In this document: positions 24,607 through 41,000 of the stretch, piece by piece
How positions within the stretch are numbered: position 1 is the first letter of the stretch
Layout: each line of letters starts with the position of its first letter
Assembly (NCBI GenBank): GCA_016748015.1
Contig: JAAOMT010000776.1
Location: 679,496-743,495, forward strand
Direction of reading: 5' to 3'
Source of the DNA: Geosiphon pyriformis uo1
Taxonomy: Eukaryota; Fungi; Glomeromycota
DNA: 64,000 bases
The notes under the pieces: model-generated
Database searches by the model: none
Seen by the model: only the letters and a program-made list of their open reading frames with translations
Told to the model about the DNA's origin: nothing
Translations under genes and position numbers: made by a program

Positions 24607-25647
24607 ATGAAGTACTCACCCACAATCTTTCTATGTCTCATTTCCATCGCCCATCTTGTCAATTCAACCCCCATCACGAGGGGAATTCAACTTTCAAAAA
24701 GACAATCTGGTGACGCAAATTTAAACGGAATTGTGAACGGACAATTCAATAAAGGAACCGACAATGGAAGCAAAAGTGGAGCTAATAATAGCGGCGTCCT
24801 GAATGGCTCAGGAAACGGAAATTTAAATGAAGGAGACTCAAACGGAAAAAGCAGTGGAAACAATAATAACGGTAGTTTGAATGGGATCGTCAGCGGAAAT
24901 GCAAATAACGGCAACTTTAACGGAGTTAACAATGGAAACAATAATTCCGGTAGTTCAAATGGGGTCGGTAACGGAAATGAAAATAACGGCTCCTTAAATG
25001 GAGTTAACAATGGAAACAATAATGTCGGTAATTTAAATGGGGTCGCTAATGGAAATGCAAATAACGGCACCTTAAACGGTGTTAACAATGGAAACAATAA
25101 TGTCGGTAATTTAAATGGGGTCGCTAATGGAAATGCAAATAACGGCAGCTTAAACGGAGTCAACAATGGAAACAATAATATCGGTACTTTGAATGGTTCC
25201 GCCAACGGTAATGGGAACACCGGAAGTGGAAATGGTAGCTCTAATGGCTCCGGTAACGTTGGTTCTCAAACTGTAATCAAGAAAGTAAAGGGTAAAAAGA
25301 ATGGAAAAAAAGTTGTGATTAAGAAAAAAGGAAAGAAAAATGGTATCAAAAATGGAAATAATAATGTTGGTTCGAATAATGGTGTGAAAAACGGAAATAA
25401 TAATATTGGTTCGAATAATGGTTCTAAAAACGGAAATAATAATATTGGATCAAATAATGGAACAAAGAATGGAAACGGGAACATTGGAGATAACAATGGA
25501 ACTAATAACGGAAATAACAATATTGGAAGCAACAATGGAACTAATAATGGAAACGGGAACATTGGAAGCAACAATGGAACTAATAATGGGAATAACAATA
25601 TTGGAAGCAATAATGGATCCGGAAATGGGAATGGAAATTCAAAGTGA
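24607..25647 (+). CDS. Secreted Asn/Gly-rich 13-aa repeat protein 4 with a central Lys-rich block, 346 aa
   Basis: ATG at 24607: MKYSPTIFLCLISIAHLVNS|TPITRGIQLSKR|Q (signal peptide plus Kex2-type propeptide). 14 units of NGxxNGNxNxGxx, then the Lys block, then 7 more units and a partial unit ending NGNGNSK. Confidence 0.92.
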   Translation: MKYSPTIFLCLISIAHLVNSTPITRGIQLSKRQSGDANLNGIVNGQFNKGTDNGSKSGANNSGVLNGSGNGNLNEGDSNGKSSGNNNNGSLNGIVSGNANNGNFNGVNNGNNNSGSSNGVGNGNENNGSLNGVNNGNNNVGNLNGVANGNANNGTLNGVNNGNNNVGNLNGVANGNANNGSLNGVNNGNNNIGTLNGSANGNGNTGSGNGSSNGSGNVGSQTVIKKVKGKKNGKKVVIKKKGKKNGIKNGNNNVGSNNGVKNGNNNIGSNNGSKNGNNNIGSNNGTKNGNGNIGDNNGTNNGNNNIGSNNGTNNGNGNIGSNNGTNNGNNNIGSNNGSGNGNGNSK

Positions 25648-26138
25648 AATTGTAACAATATTAAAACATTTTACATTGATTAGAAAATTTTTAAACTAAT
25701 ATCTTGAGATGAGATTTTCAAAAATGAATGCAACAAGTAAAAATCTTTAAAATTTTACTAGACTCACATAAACTTTTAATTCACTTGTTTAATAAATCTC
25801 TAGAAATTTTGATTCTTAATGTATCAAAATAGTTTTTTTGTATAGATCAAATGTAAAAAAAAGAATTATAATAATAATTTTTTTTAATTTATTTATTTTT
25901 AATAAAAATTTTACTCATTTTATTATTATTAAAATTTATTTCGAATAAAAATTTTACTCCTGCTTTTAAATTACATAAATAAATTAATTAAATTTTTTTA
26001 CTTTTACATTATCAAACTTTTTAGTGTTTTTTTTTAATAAATAAGTGATATAATATATATATATATATAAAGTATTACTTATATTAATTACACACACTAC
26101 TAATTATTTTTGAAATAATAATTGTATTATATTTTTAC

Positions 26139-29100
26139 TGTTGAAACGTTTAATTTTTAATTATCTTAATTATTTAACCACATCTATTAGCCACTGATGT
26201 CACATATATTAGCGATCCTGTAGTCGTTGATGTGATCATTGACCGAAAAACACTCCAAAGCCCTAGAAAATTTAATTCAGACTAGAGTTCTAGTTAAGAA
26301 TAATTCACTCAGATTCCTTAGCAAAATTATTACGATAATTCCATTTCTCTCTCACTATTTCTTTTCTCTTTTCTTTTCTTAATTTTGTGTATTGTTAGCT
26401 TTGTAAAGTATTTTGAATAAATTTTTACTAAAAAGTACAACTGATACCTGTTATTGAATTTTAAGAGTGCTGATTTAAGTCATAGAATTATACCAGTGTG
26501 TGATCTTTTGTTAATAATACAAACTATTCCTTTACTTTCAGATTCTTTTATTACCATACAATACTTGTTTTTCCTTGCTATTTTTTTAACATATTATATC
26601 TGACTATAACATAAAAGTGGTGTTCTTTAGAAAGTTCTTAAACCTTTAAATCCATCTATCACTGTATGGACAATCACCTTTTTTTAAGACAAGAAATCCA
26701 ATATCATTTTATTATTCATAATCAAAGAATTTTAAGCAAGAAACAATTACATTAATTAATTATTATTTTCAGTTATTTTTAGTCAACTTCTCTTAGAATT
26801 TGAAGTTTTAAATCAAAAAAATCTACAATTAAATAAAAGTTTAAAACTTTTTTAGAAACTAAAAATAAAAAAAGTTATAATTTAGACTTCTTATTATGAA
26901 TTTTAATACTTAAATTAATAGTTTAACCAAATGTTTTTCAAGACCAAAATATTTTGCCTGTACTTTAAAAAATCTAAATTGTTTTATATTATTAAATTAC
27001 AAATCTTTTACTTTTATTTAAAAAAGATGTTTAAAACCCAATAAAATAGCTTGAAATTTTTAAAAAAGCAACAATAGAAAATTAATATAATAATAATTAT
27101 AAACTTTAAATATTGAAAAATACCTTCAAAAATCTCTTACTATATGATTTACACAAGAAAAAGCTATTAGTGCGGTCAAACAAATTATTTGATAGTCTTC
27201 TGAAAACATAAACTATTATAGTGCAACTTTAATAATCCAATTTTAAAACTCTTATTTTAATATTAAAATAAAAAAACAATTTAAAAATTCATAAAACAAT
27301 TAACTCTTAAACAAAAAATACATGTTTTTACAAAAAAAATTTTTTTACTTTTAAAAAATGCTTTAATCTTTGTTTCTGTTTCTTAAATAACTTTTAAATT
27401 TTTTATCATCTATGTTTAAGATTTAAATAATAATTAATAAACAAATTAATATAATATTTTTTTAAAAATTTTAAAACTATTGGCCAAAGCTGTTTAAGAA
27501 AATTAAAAACTACTAAAATTTTATTACAATTAGCAATAAAAATCTTAATATAATCAAAAATTTTAAAATTAAGATTTACTAGGTTTTTATTAATAAAAAG
27601 CATTAATTATATAACACAAAACTAGAATAATTTTTTAATGTCGTTTTCAAATTTCAGAAATAACAATTTACAGAATAATAAAAACAATAATGATTATGTT
27701 TCAAATCAAGAAGTCAATTAAATTTCATAAACTTTTTTTAAAAAAATTTCTTAGTTGAAGCTATAGAATATTAGTTTTTAAATTAATAAATAATCTTTTA
27801 AAAATAAAAACACAAGTCAAAAGAAAATAATTTCTTGTTTAATTTATAACTAATAATAATACTATTAAAATACAAAAGCAAAATAGCAAGTAATTAAGCC
27901 AAACTAAATCAAAAAAATTAAATATAAATTTTAATATAAATTTTAATATAAGCATTTTAATATTTAATAACAAAAATAAAGTCTTAAAAATAAAAGTATT
28001 TAATAATTTGCAAAAGTTTAAATTATAAAAAATTGTTCAAGAATTAAATTCTTATTTAATAGTAAAAAAAGCAAAAACTCTTCTTAATTATAACTTTTAC
28101 TTATAATTTATAATGAAGCAAAAGCAATTTTAGTTAAATATTAATATTAAATAATATTTTTAAAACTTAAAAATAGCTTAATAACAATAACAATAATAAG
28201 ATAACAACAAAAATAACTCTGATAATTCCAAAAACTTTAAAAATAATAACAAAGAAAAAAACCAAATAAGTATTTACAACTTTAGCAACAATAAAAAACT
28301 CTTAAATAATGTTTAAGCAAATAATAAAAATTTTATAATTAACAAAAAACCTATTTTTTAATCTTGCTATAATATGTTCAAAAGAATGTTTAAAAATATA
28401 TTCAAAAAAACAAAATAAAATTATATAGTTCTTGTATTAGATATTAATATAATTATTTTTTTACTTTTTAGATAATAAATATAAAAATATATTTAATTTT
28501 TTATTAAAATTAAGAATTAATTAGTCTAATTTCTGATAAAAAATAAAAACTGTACAGAAATTATTTGAAAAAAATATTTGAAGTTTTATTATTAATTATT
28601 AAATAAAAAAATCTATTAAAAATTTTAATATCAAAAATTTCCTAATTAAAAATGCTTTTATAATATTAATAAAACTATTTGGTTAAATAAATTTTATTTA
28701 ATTAAAATTGTAAATATTCGATTTATTTATTTAAAGCTTTATTAAACAAATTATTTAAATAATAAATTTATTTAAATAACATTCAAATAAAAAAACTTGA
28801 ATTTATATAGAAAACCAAAAATAAATAAATATTTTTAATTATAATAATATTCAAAAAAGATGAATTTTTTAATTTTGTGTTATCAAATATTATTATTAAA
28901 TAAAATTTTTTTTTTTAAAAATTAGCAATATCTTAAATTAATTCGAAAACTTAGCTTATTTTACAACAATTAATTTAATTATTGAATTTTAATAAGTAAA
29001 ATAGATTTTGTCAACATAAAAAAATTCCCATTATTATAAAATATAAAATTTACAAATTTGCAATAATATTTTTTGAATTAATAAATATTTTATCTATGTT

Positions 29101-31280
29101 TTAAAGATTTAAAAATAAAATGTTTAAATCAATATATTAGAAATTTTTTTAGTATATTTAGATAACATTATTGTGTATTTAAAAATATAAAATAAATATT
29201 TAATTATTTAAAACAAGTTTTTGATTTTTTTAAAAATACTAATCTTAAAATCAACTAATTAAATCATTTTTACACAATAATTTATTTAGTTTTAAGAATT
29301 TTTTATTACAAAAATAGATTTTTTTTAGATTTAACCAAAGTAAAAAAAGTGTAAAAGCTTAAATAACTAATAAATATAACAAAATATAATTTTTTTGGAA
29401 TTAATTTGTATTATTTAAGATTATTCATTTATTCAACCAGTTCTTTAAAAATAATATTTATTATTATTAAAAAAAATTTAACTTTTAAACTAATTTTGAA
29501 GTATATTAATTTTTATATATAATAATAAAATCATTTAACAAGTTGAAAAAACTATACAATTATTGAAAAAAATATTTAACTATAATATATTTTATTACTT
29601 ATTGATATAAATATTTTTTTGAAAATTAATTTACTATATATATTAATTATTAAGTCTTAATTTAGTTAAAAAACAAAAAAATTAAATTACACATCTAAAA
29701 ATAAATAGTAATAAAATTAAATATTATAAAAAAACAAGCAATTAAATTACAAACACTCTATTTTAATTGGTTATTTAATAAAAAACAGAATAATACTGAC
29801 TAATTAAAATTAATTAATAATAAAATACTTTAAATTAAACATAACAATAGCTTAAAAGACTATTTTACATTTATTAAATTTTTGGATAAAAGACAATATT
29901 TATTAAAATATAATTAACAAAAAAAATATTTACAAAAACAATTAAATTTTTATTGAAAAAAACTAAAAAGATTTTAACTAATTTCAAAAAGTTATTCAAT
30001 TTGAAAAAAAAGAAATCACAATATATAATACGTATACTAATTCTCTAACAGAATATTTTGGAAAAACAAAAACAATCCAAAAAACATTAGTAAAATATTA
30101 TTGGCCGATTTTTGTTAATGAAAAACAAATCTAATTAAAAAAAAAACTTTATTTAATTTTTGTTAATCAATCTTTTAAACTACTTAACAAAATAAATAAA
30201 AGCTTGAACAATATTTAATCAAACAGCTGTTTTAATTGCCAACTTTATATATAAGAAAATTATATATTAATATTTAAATAAAGAAAAAACTTTGAGTATG
30301 TTACAAACTTTTTTTCTTTTATTATCTTTAAACAAATAACTTGATAGAATATTTTAATTAAATATTTTGTAAAACTTTAGCAAAAACCAATAAAGAAACA
30401 AATTTATAAAACAAAGTTTTGCTTTTAGCACTTTTTGTTTATTAAACAGTAAATAATAATATAACTAATTATAAACTTTTCTATTTACTTTACAAACATA
30501 TAGCACTATTATTCATTAAAATTAATAATTAAAACTGTATTTTTCAAAAAAATAACAGAAATTAGCTACAAAGATATTTTGTAACGAAAACTTGAAACAA
30601 TTCTCAGTAAAAACACAAATAATTATTTATAAAAAGATAAAAATATTCCAAAAAAGACTTTGGAAAATAAAAACATACAAACCATTTTCTTTAAATATTG
30701 GTAACTTAGTTTTTAAATACTAATTAAATTGAGACAATATATCTGGTAACAAATTTTCAAGTTATTAGAAAAAACTATTTATATAATTAAACTATTTATA
30801 ATACATAAATCAAAAAGTATTATAAAAGATCTAATTAGTTATTTATTGTTGTAATACTTATAATATTAAATAGTAAATCATTAAAACAAATATAAATAGA
30901 ATTATTAAAATTTTAAAACAAATGTATTTTCATTCAACATAAAAAATATTTTTTTAATCAAAATGTACAAAATACTTTTTTTATATTTTATAAATATTGA
31001 ATGAAAAATTATTTAGACAATTTGTTTATAAATAACAATAGAAAATAATATTAAAGTATATTTAGTTATTAACTTACAAAAAACAGAAAATTGACAATAA
31101 GTTAAAAAAATGCATGCTCAAATACATAATTGTCAAAATACTTTTCTTTTCTAATATAATTAGAAAAATTATAAAAAATGTTTTATTTATTAACAAAAAC
31201 TTGTTATATACAACTTGAAAATCATTGCTTTTGCTCAAAAAAAATTTTTCACGGTAAAATTAATGATAAAGGAGGGAAAT
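26139..31280 (+). mobile_element. Heavily degenerated Ty3/Gypsy LTR retrotransposon (RT then integrase); outer boundaries uncertain
   Basis: 28921: ISNILN*FENLAYFTTINLIIEF**VK, matching RT IDDILDxxxxxxYFTTxDLxxGFWQV. 29152-29181: VYLDNIIVYL (YLDD). 30021-30107: IYNTYTNSLTEYFGKTKTIQKTLVKYYWP (integrase HHCC region). About 30178: NYLTK*IKA*TIFNQTAVLIANFIYKKII (DYLTKWxEA integrase core). A purine tract at 31268-31279 is a possible PPT. Confidence 0.82.
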
Positions 31281-34066
31281 ATCGTAAAATTTTGATTTAA
31301 AATAATTATAAGAATCTCGTATATTGGGCTCTTGGACATCACTGATTTTTGGCATCTCTTTAATGCCTTTTTAAAACATCTCTAATTAAAAATAAATTGG
31401 ATTTACATTATTTTACCAACTTGGAAAATTTTTAATCAACTGAAAATTCCTCAGAAAAAGGTTTTGGATTTACCGAAAAATTGAAAAGCAATTGTAAAAT
31501 AGTGTTAGCCGTATTTCAAGTATCATTGTTTTATGAACCGGTTTTTAACATGAGGATATCAATTTCTTGATAATAAATAAAAAATGGTTCTCAAATATGT
31601 ATATTCATAAATTTATTTAATGCATTAAACTTTAATATATTAATCTAAAATAAACAAACAAACATTTAATTTGAATTTTTAAATAATTTAAAATTTATAA
31701 CTTGTATTATAATTATTATTTTATTTGAAATAAATGGAAAATAGCTTTTTATACATAATATAAATATTTTAAATATTCAAAATGTTTTAAAATATAATAA
31801 ATAATACATATTTAAATAAGTTTATTATAATTATTTATTTAAATAAAACTCACTTATAATATATATTTATTTTTTGAATGTTTATTAAATGTAATCCAAT
31901 TGCAATTTATTTACATAAAACATGTATATATTTTTAATTATTCATGTTATATATTTTTAATATCTTATTTTTAAAATTGATTACTAGTAAAATTTTTATT
32001 AAAAATTTTCAGCTAAAAACAAAACAAATCATACAAATCAAAATCAAAAATATCTAAAAATACAATGTAATAATTAATCTTAAACAGAATAAAAAACTGT
32101 TAAAAAATATATATAATTATTAATAAGTTATAATATAGTTTAATATAATATAATATAACATAAAAATATTGCAATTTATTATGTAAATAAAAAATTAATT
32201 AATTATATCGAAAAAAAATTTCAGTTTTTATAAAAGGTATTCACCTACCCAAAATTTCATGTCCAAATAAAATTTTTAAAAATTAACAGATAAATTTTCA
32301 TTATAAAATTTTTTTATTAATTTGCGCATACTTGTTAACAATTTACTTATAACCATTTATTATCACAGTTATTTCATTATAAATAATTATCAAATAAAAA
32401 TTTACACTTATTATTTTTTAATTTATAAATAACCAGTCTTATTCTAAATAAAATAAAAGTTAAATCATTTTGAAATCATTTATAGATTTTATTGACAATA
32501 TTATCCAAAGCTTTTTTTCACTTTGTAGTTTAGTCAAGATTTATTTGTTTTAATTATATAAATTTTATTAGCAAAATTCAAGTTTTATTTGACCAAAACA
32601 GCTAACAAATTATTATTATGTTTTATAAATTGATATTATCCAAAGAACATTTTCAATTAAAATTTTTTTTTAATAATCAAGTTTATTGTGTCCATTTTTC
32701 ACATTTTTTTATTTAATCACAAATATATAGATTTAAGTTTATTATTAATAGTTTTATTCCATATCAAAATTTTAACTATTATATTTGTAATTTTAATCTT
32801 TAATTTAAATATATAATATATATATATCGATAAGTTAATTGGCTTTTTTAATATTTTTATAGCAACCTCTAATTAATTAAAAATGTAAAACATTAATAAT
32901 AAACTGGAAGCAAAAGAAGTTATAAGTATACTTAGAATTAAAAAATCATATAAATATAGTATCTTTTTATGCTTCAAAAGCCATTTTCTTTTATGAATAC
33001 CAATATTTTGTGAGTCAGAATTATATTTGAACTAAATTTAAACTGAACAAGAAATTTCCAATTTTTCTGTTTTTACAATGAGTTTATCAAAAATCAACTA
33101 ATAGGAATTGATCAACCCCCGTTCTAGAATCATGAATAGGGTTCTACTTACCACATGTTGAATTACAATTCTTGATTAGTAGTTATTTTAACTTATTTAT
33201 AAAATGCCTCAAAAGAATTTTTGCCTACATATAACAGATGTGCTTCGGATTTTTATATTATTAGAATCGTCCATTATTTATTTCGTCATTGATATATATG
33301 TTCTATTTAAATTAAATAGAAAGTATCACGAATTTAGATTACCTCTGTCAGATTATAATAAAAAGTAAAAATATCTGGTTCTAAAAAATAAGTGAGAATT
33401 TTTATTAAAGATTAATACCATTTGTGTTTATTAAAATAAACTTATTAAAAATTGAAAAATAAAAATAAAAATAAAAATTATTAACTGTTTAATATTTATA
33501 ATATTGAAAATTAATTACTGATTTCTATAAATCATAACATCTCTCATTTTTGATCATAGCCTATAGTTTACAAATAATTATGAAACCTCTAGACTAATTA
33601 CAAATTTTGAAATTTTTTAAATAACTTTATCATTTTCTATTCTGTTTATTGCCAATTTTACTATGTTTTTATTGACTGGTTTTACTAAAGACTGGTTATT
33701 TTGTAACTTATTATTTATCTTCAAATATACATACAAGAGTTTATTAGATAATTATATCCTAAATTTCATTGAGTTTATTAATAAAATTAGCTTTTGTCAT
33801 CTATAATTTAGCTTTTGTGTATAAAATCTAAACTTTGAAAAATCGCTCTCTATCAAAATTTAATGTAATCAATTATTGTTTTTTTATTTCAAAATTTAAG
33901 AAATTGTTCTTTAGAGAAAGATTCATAGCGTAAACCTATTCAGAATGCACTGCGTTTAAAATAAGTTTTCTTTTCCAATTTTGACTTACTTGGAAGGCTG
34001 ATTTGAGAACGATAAACTATAAAATATTCTGTGAATACAAATTTCAAAATTGAAATCCTATCTAGC

Positions 34067-34160
34067 CTAAACCTCTAGAAAATGTTTAATCCAGGGAATT
34101 TTTTTTTTGATGATTTGAAAAACTTCATACTCATCAAAAAAAATTCTACTGTTAGCGTAA
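34067..34160 (-). pseudogene. Possible fragment of a TLDc-domain C-terminus
   Basis: Reads FFDEYEVFQIIKK; EYEVFQI is the usual TLDc terminus. No upstream part was recognised. Confidence 0.3.
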
Positions 34161-35398
34161 AATGAAACTAAATGGATCATATTTAACACACACTGATATA
34201 TATATATGATGCATTCACACACTGAATAAATATTCTTATAAATGATATATATATATTTAAAATGCAATAATTTTAAACCCATTAGTTTAGGATTCTATAA
34301 CATTGCAACATTTTAAACATTCAAATAGTGATTTTGTACGATCACTTGGTAAAATATTTAAAATTAACTTATAGTCCACCCACCCAAAAAATGAAAAAAT
34401 AATTATTTAAAAGAGCTATCATGAATATATTCAATTCTAATCAGGAAAATATTACATAATTGATATTATGAAAAACCCTCATAAATTCAAACTTTGACTT
34501 TCTAAATTGTTAGAAATTAAAAGGCTTTTATTTAATTAAAAATAGCAATAGGATAATGAAAAGCATAGTTTTTGACGCAATGTAAATAAAGTGAATGAAT
34601 TTCTAGCATTTTCGGGAATGTGATTTAACAAAATTACAGTTTGAAATCCTTATTTATTGGCAAGATAAACTCCTTAAAAATCTCTCTTTATCAATAGAAT
34701 ATTTATAATTTATTTTTTGCCAGAAAATAATTTCTTCAGCTTCATTAATTAAAACGCAATTTCATTTTTCGACTGACTTGAAGGAGCGTTAATTGTCATG
34801 AAAAGAAAATCTGACTATGTTTTCCCAGCTAATATTCAAAAGTTGCTTTTCTCATGATGATTGTTTTTTGGAATTACAATAAAACTAATTTAGAAGTAGA
34901 TGTAAGGAGATAATCGCCAATATCTCGAATTAGACTTTTTTATCAAAAGAAGCTATAACTTGAAAAATTTTGACAAAGAAAAATGTATCCTAATATGAAA
35001 TCAATCTAAATTTAAAATTATTTTTATTATGCGGCAAAGTAATTATCAGTTGCCATTTATGAGTGAATGCCAAGGCCCAAAAAAGTTAATTATGTTTCAA
35101 TCTATAATGAAAACCAATAGTCCCATTTTCTGGGAGCTCGAAAGTGATAATCGCAATCAGATTCTAAAACGAAAATAGATAACACACACCTAAAAATATA
35201 TCAATACTAAACAATTTCAATTTTTAATTAAAAAACATATATTTATAGTATATCTCTATAATCTAAATTATATAGAAAATAAGCTATGTCTTTTTTTTAC
35301 ATTTTCTGTTTTCTTTTCACGATAAATATTGTTAAATTCAAAGCTAAAATTATTAAACAAAGAAAATCATTACACTCATAATAACAATTTCAAAAAGT

Positions 35399-38619
<3,221 letters not shown>

Positions 38620-38919
38620 CTTAAAAAAATTGCTATTTTTCTTTTTAAAATAATTTTTTGGATTTGTTTTCTGTTCTCACAAAGTTTTTTAATCTCTTAA
38701 TACTTAAATTATCGAAAAGTTTAAAATTTAAATATAGCTAAAATGACATTCATATCATGTAATGTATTTTGTAAATATTTATTATTAGAATTCCTATGGA
38801 AGATCAATCTCAAGTATTACCTTTCATATTCCTTGTCATTATCCCTTTTTGAATTTAACCAAGGCGAGAGTTAAAATTTATAAAAATTAGTCTATTTAAG
38901 TGAATTGAATCAATTACCA

Positions 38920-38980
38920 ATCCATCCATCCATCCATCCATCCATCCATCCATCCATCCATCCATCCATTCATCCATCCA
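38920..38980. repeat. (TCCA)n microsatellite
   Basis: Directly visible. Confidence 0.93.
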
Positions 38981-39789
38981 AAAATGGGAACACAACTTTT
39001 TAGTTTTTTTTTAATAATTGGGCGGGATTTCTTTTTATAAAGATTGAAGGCTTAGATCTAATTTACCGAAAAATATTCCCATATCATAACATTCGAAACT
39101 TTCGTGGCGTAGGGTGATGCAAAATACTAAATTATGGATAGATCACAATTATTAATAAACTAATCAAATAATTATGTTATGGTTTATGTAATAATAGTAA
39201 AATACAGTTAATTTTAAATATAAACAAAAACATGAAATTTCCAAAATTAATTTATCAAAAAGGTGTGAAAATAAAATCTCTGAACTATATATACACTATC
39301 AGCTATCTGACCTTCTATTTTTTGTAATTATTTTTATACTTTATACTTTTTTTATCTTTCTTAATTTATTTCATCATTATTCTTTATTTAAGTCTTGAAA
39401 TTAGATTCTTAATTATTTGTTTGATCGCTTAATTAATCCACAAGTAGTGACATGTTCCGCAGATATTTTCCTAATTCTTATTTTGTATTTATTGCTAAAA
39501 AATCTATTTTTATTTGATATCTGTTGTTGTTATTGTTGAAATTAGATTGAAAATGTAAACTTCAACGAAAAATATCTGTTTATCTGGAAAATTAATTAAT
39601 TAATTAATTCTTTTTTTGATTAAAATCTTCTATTTTCTAAATGAAATTAAATCACTTTTCATTTTATTTCCTTCTATAAACAATTAGATGATGATTTAAA
39701 ATTCTAAACCAACTTGAAAAAGCAATCTCAACGAAAATAATAAAGAGTTTCATTTCTAATTTCGATTTAGTCTAAAAAAAAAATTTTCT

Positions 39790-41000
39790 TTGTTCCTCTA
39801 TTTGCATGCCTGAAATCTTAATTACCAAGAGTTCTCCACCATCAAACAAACGACCAACAAACGGAACAAATTGAGTATTTAAAAAAACCTGGAGCTTGAA
39901 AAGATTTATGAAATAACAGCGTTCCTGATAATCATTGCCTACACAGATCTGTTATTAATACATGTAAAAACTAGTTTCGGAGAGATATATATATATATGA
40001 TTTGATCACAGATTATACTCACTTTTATCATAATAGGTAGTTTAAAAAGTACAGATTGTCATTTATCAGATAGTTAGGAGTAAATCTTAAAGTCTGTATT
40101 CACAACTCATTTTATTTCCTTGGACAAAAACCAATAAAATCATATGCAATAATCTTACTATCTTATATACATCGACTAAGCTGTTGGCTTCTTCGAAGCA
40201 AGAAAAAAAAGGGCAAAGAGCATCAGTACAAACTGAAAATAGGATGATTATATTTGGAACCAGCGGTAGTTGTCTTATATGGTAAATCTCAAGTTTTTGA
40301 ATTAAAGAAGTTTAAAATTTCTATTTAATTCTATAATTTTGCTAATTTCTCTAATATCAATTCGCTAAATTTTTTTAAAATCACTAATTATAAAATTCTT
40401 TTCCAATTCTTTTATTGAAGAATAATCTATAAATCCAAATCTATTCGTATTTGATCCCAAAAAAACTAAAACTAACATGACCCTTACTACAACTCTTTCT
40501 TGAGATGAGAACAATAAAAAAAGAAAATTTGTTTGATGTAATCCTTTATTATTAAAATAAGTTAAAGCCAACTTTTAAATACATTGCTCTTCATAAATTT
40601 CATAAACTTTCTGAAAATTACATCACAGTTGCTAAAATTAGGATTTAGAACTTTCATTGGTAAAAGTGGCTGAAATCCTGGGTTTTTGATCATTTGTAAA
40701 ATAAATATTATAGATGGCCCAAAATATTTGATTAATTATACCAAGAGGGACTTCAATGACAAGACCTAGATTTCTCGTGTTTTTTTTGTGTAAGGTTAAT
40801 TCCAGTATTAGTCATCCTTTGGAGAACTTTCATTATTTTCAATATTCGAATATTTATGCAATATAGTATTAGTCTTTAACTGATCAATGCTCTTCGGCGC
40901 AGCCAAAAATGGCGTTGGCTTGGATATATTTAAATATATTTGAGAAAAATCTTCATTACTAACATTATTATGTGGTAGTTTAAAATTATAATTGAGCACA
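39790..41000 (-). pseudogene. Fragmented coding-like remnant, product unidentified
   Basis: Protein-like pieces (KPTPFLAAPKSID; RNLGLVIEVPSWYN; PGFQPLLPMKVLNPNFSNCD; PGFLNTQFVPFVGRLFDGGELLV) separated by stops or introns. Confidence 0.35.

Noticed and set aside
752-25647. Calling the cluster AGL (arabinogalactan-protein-like), SP7, hydrophobin or InaZ-type ice nucleator
   Set aside because: No APADGK-type or SP7-type repeats, no 8-Cys pattern, and no AGYGSTxTA 16-aa repeats.
24687-25658. Minus-strand Pro/Leu/Phe-rich ORFs
   Set aside because: Antisense of the Asn/Gly codons of protein 4.
26139-26450. Possible 5' LTR (TGTTG...) and decayed PBS of the Gypsy relic
   Set aside because: No matching 3' LTR or TSD could be found by eye after the purine tract at about 31270.
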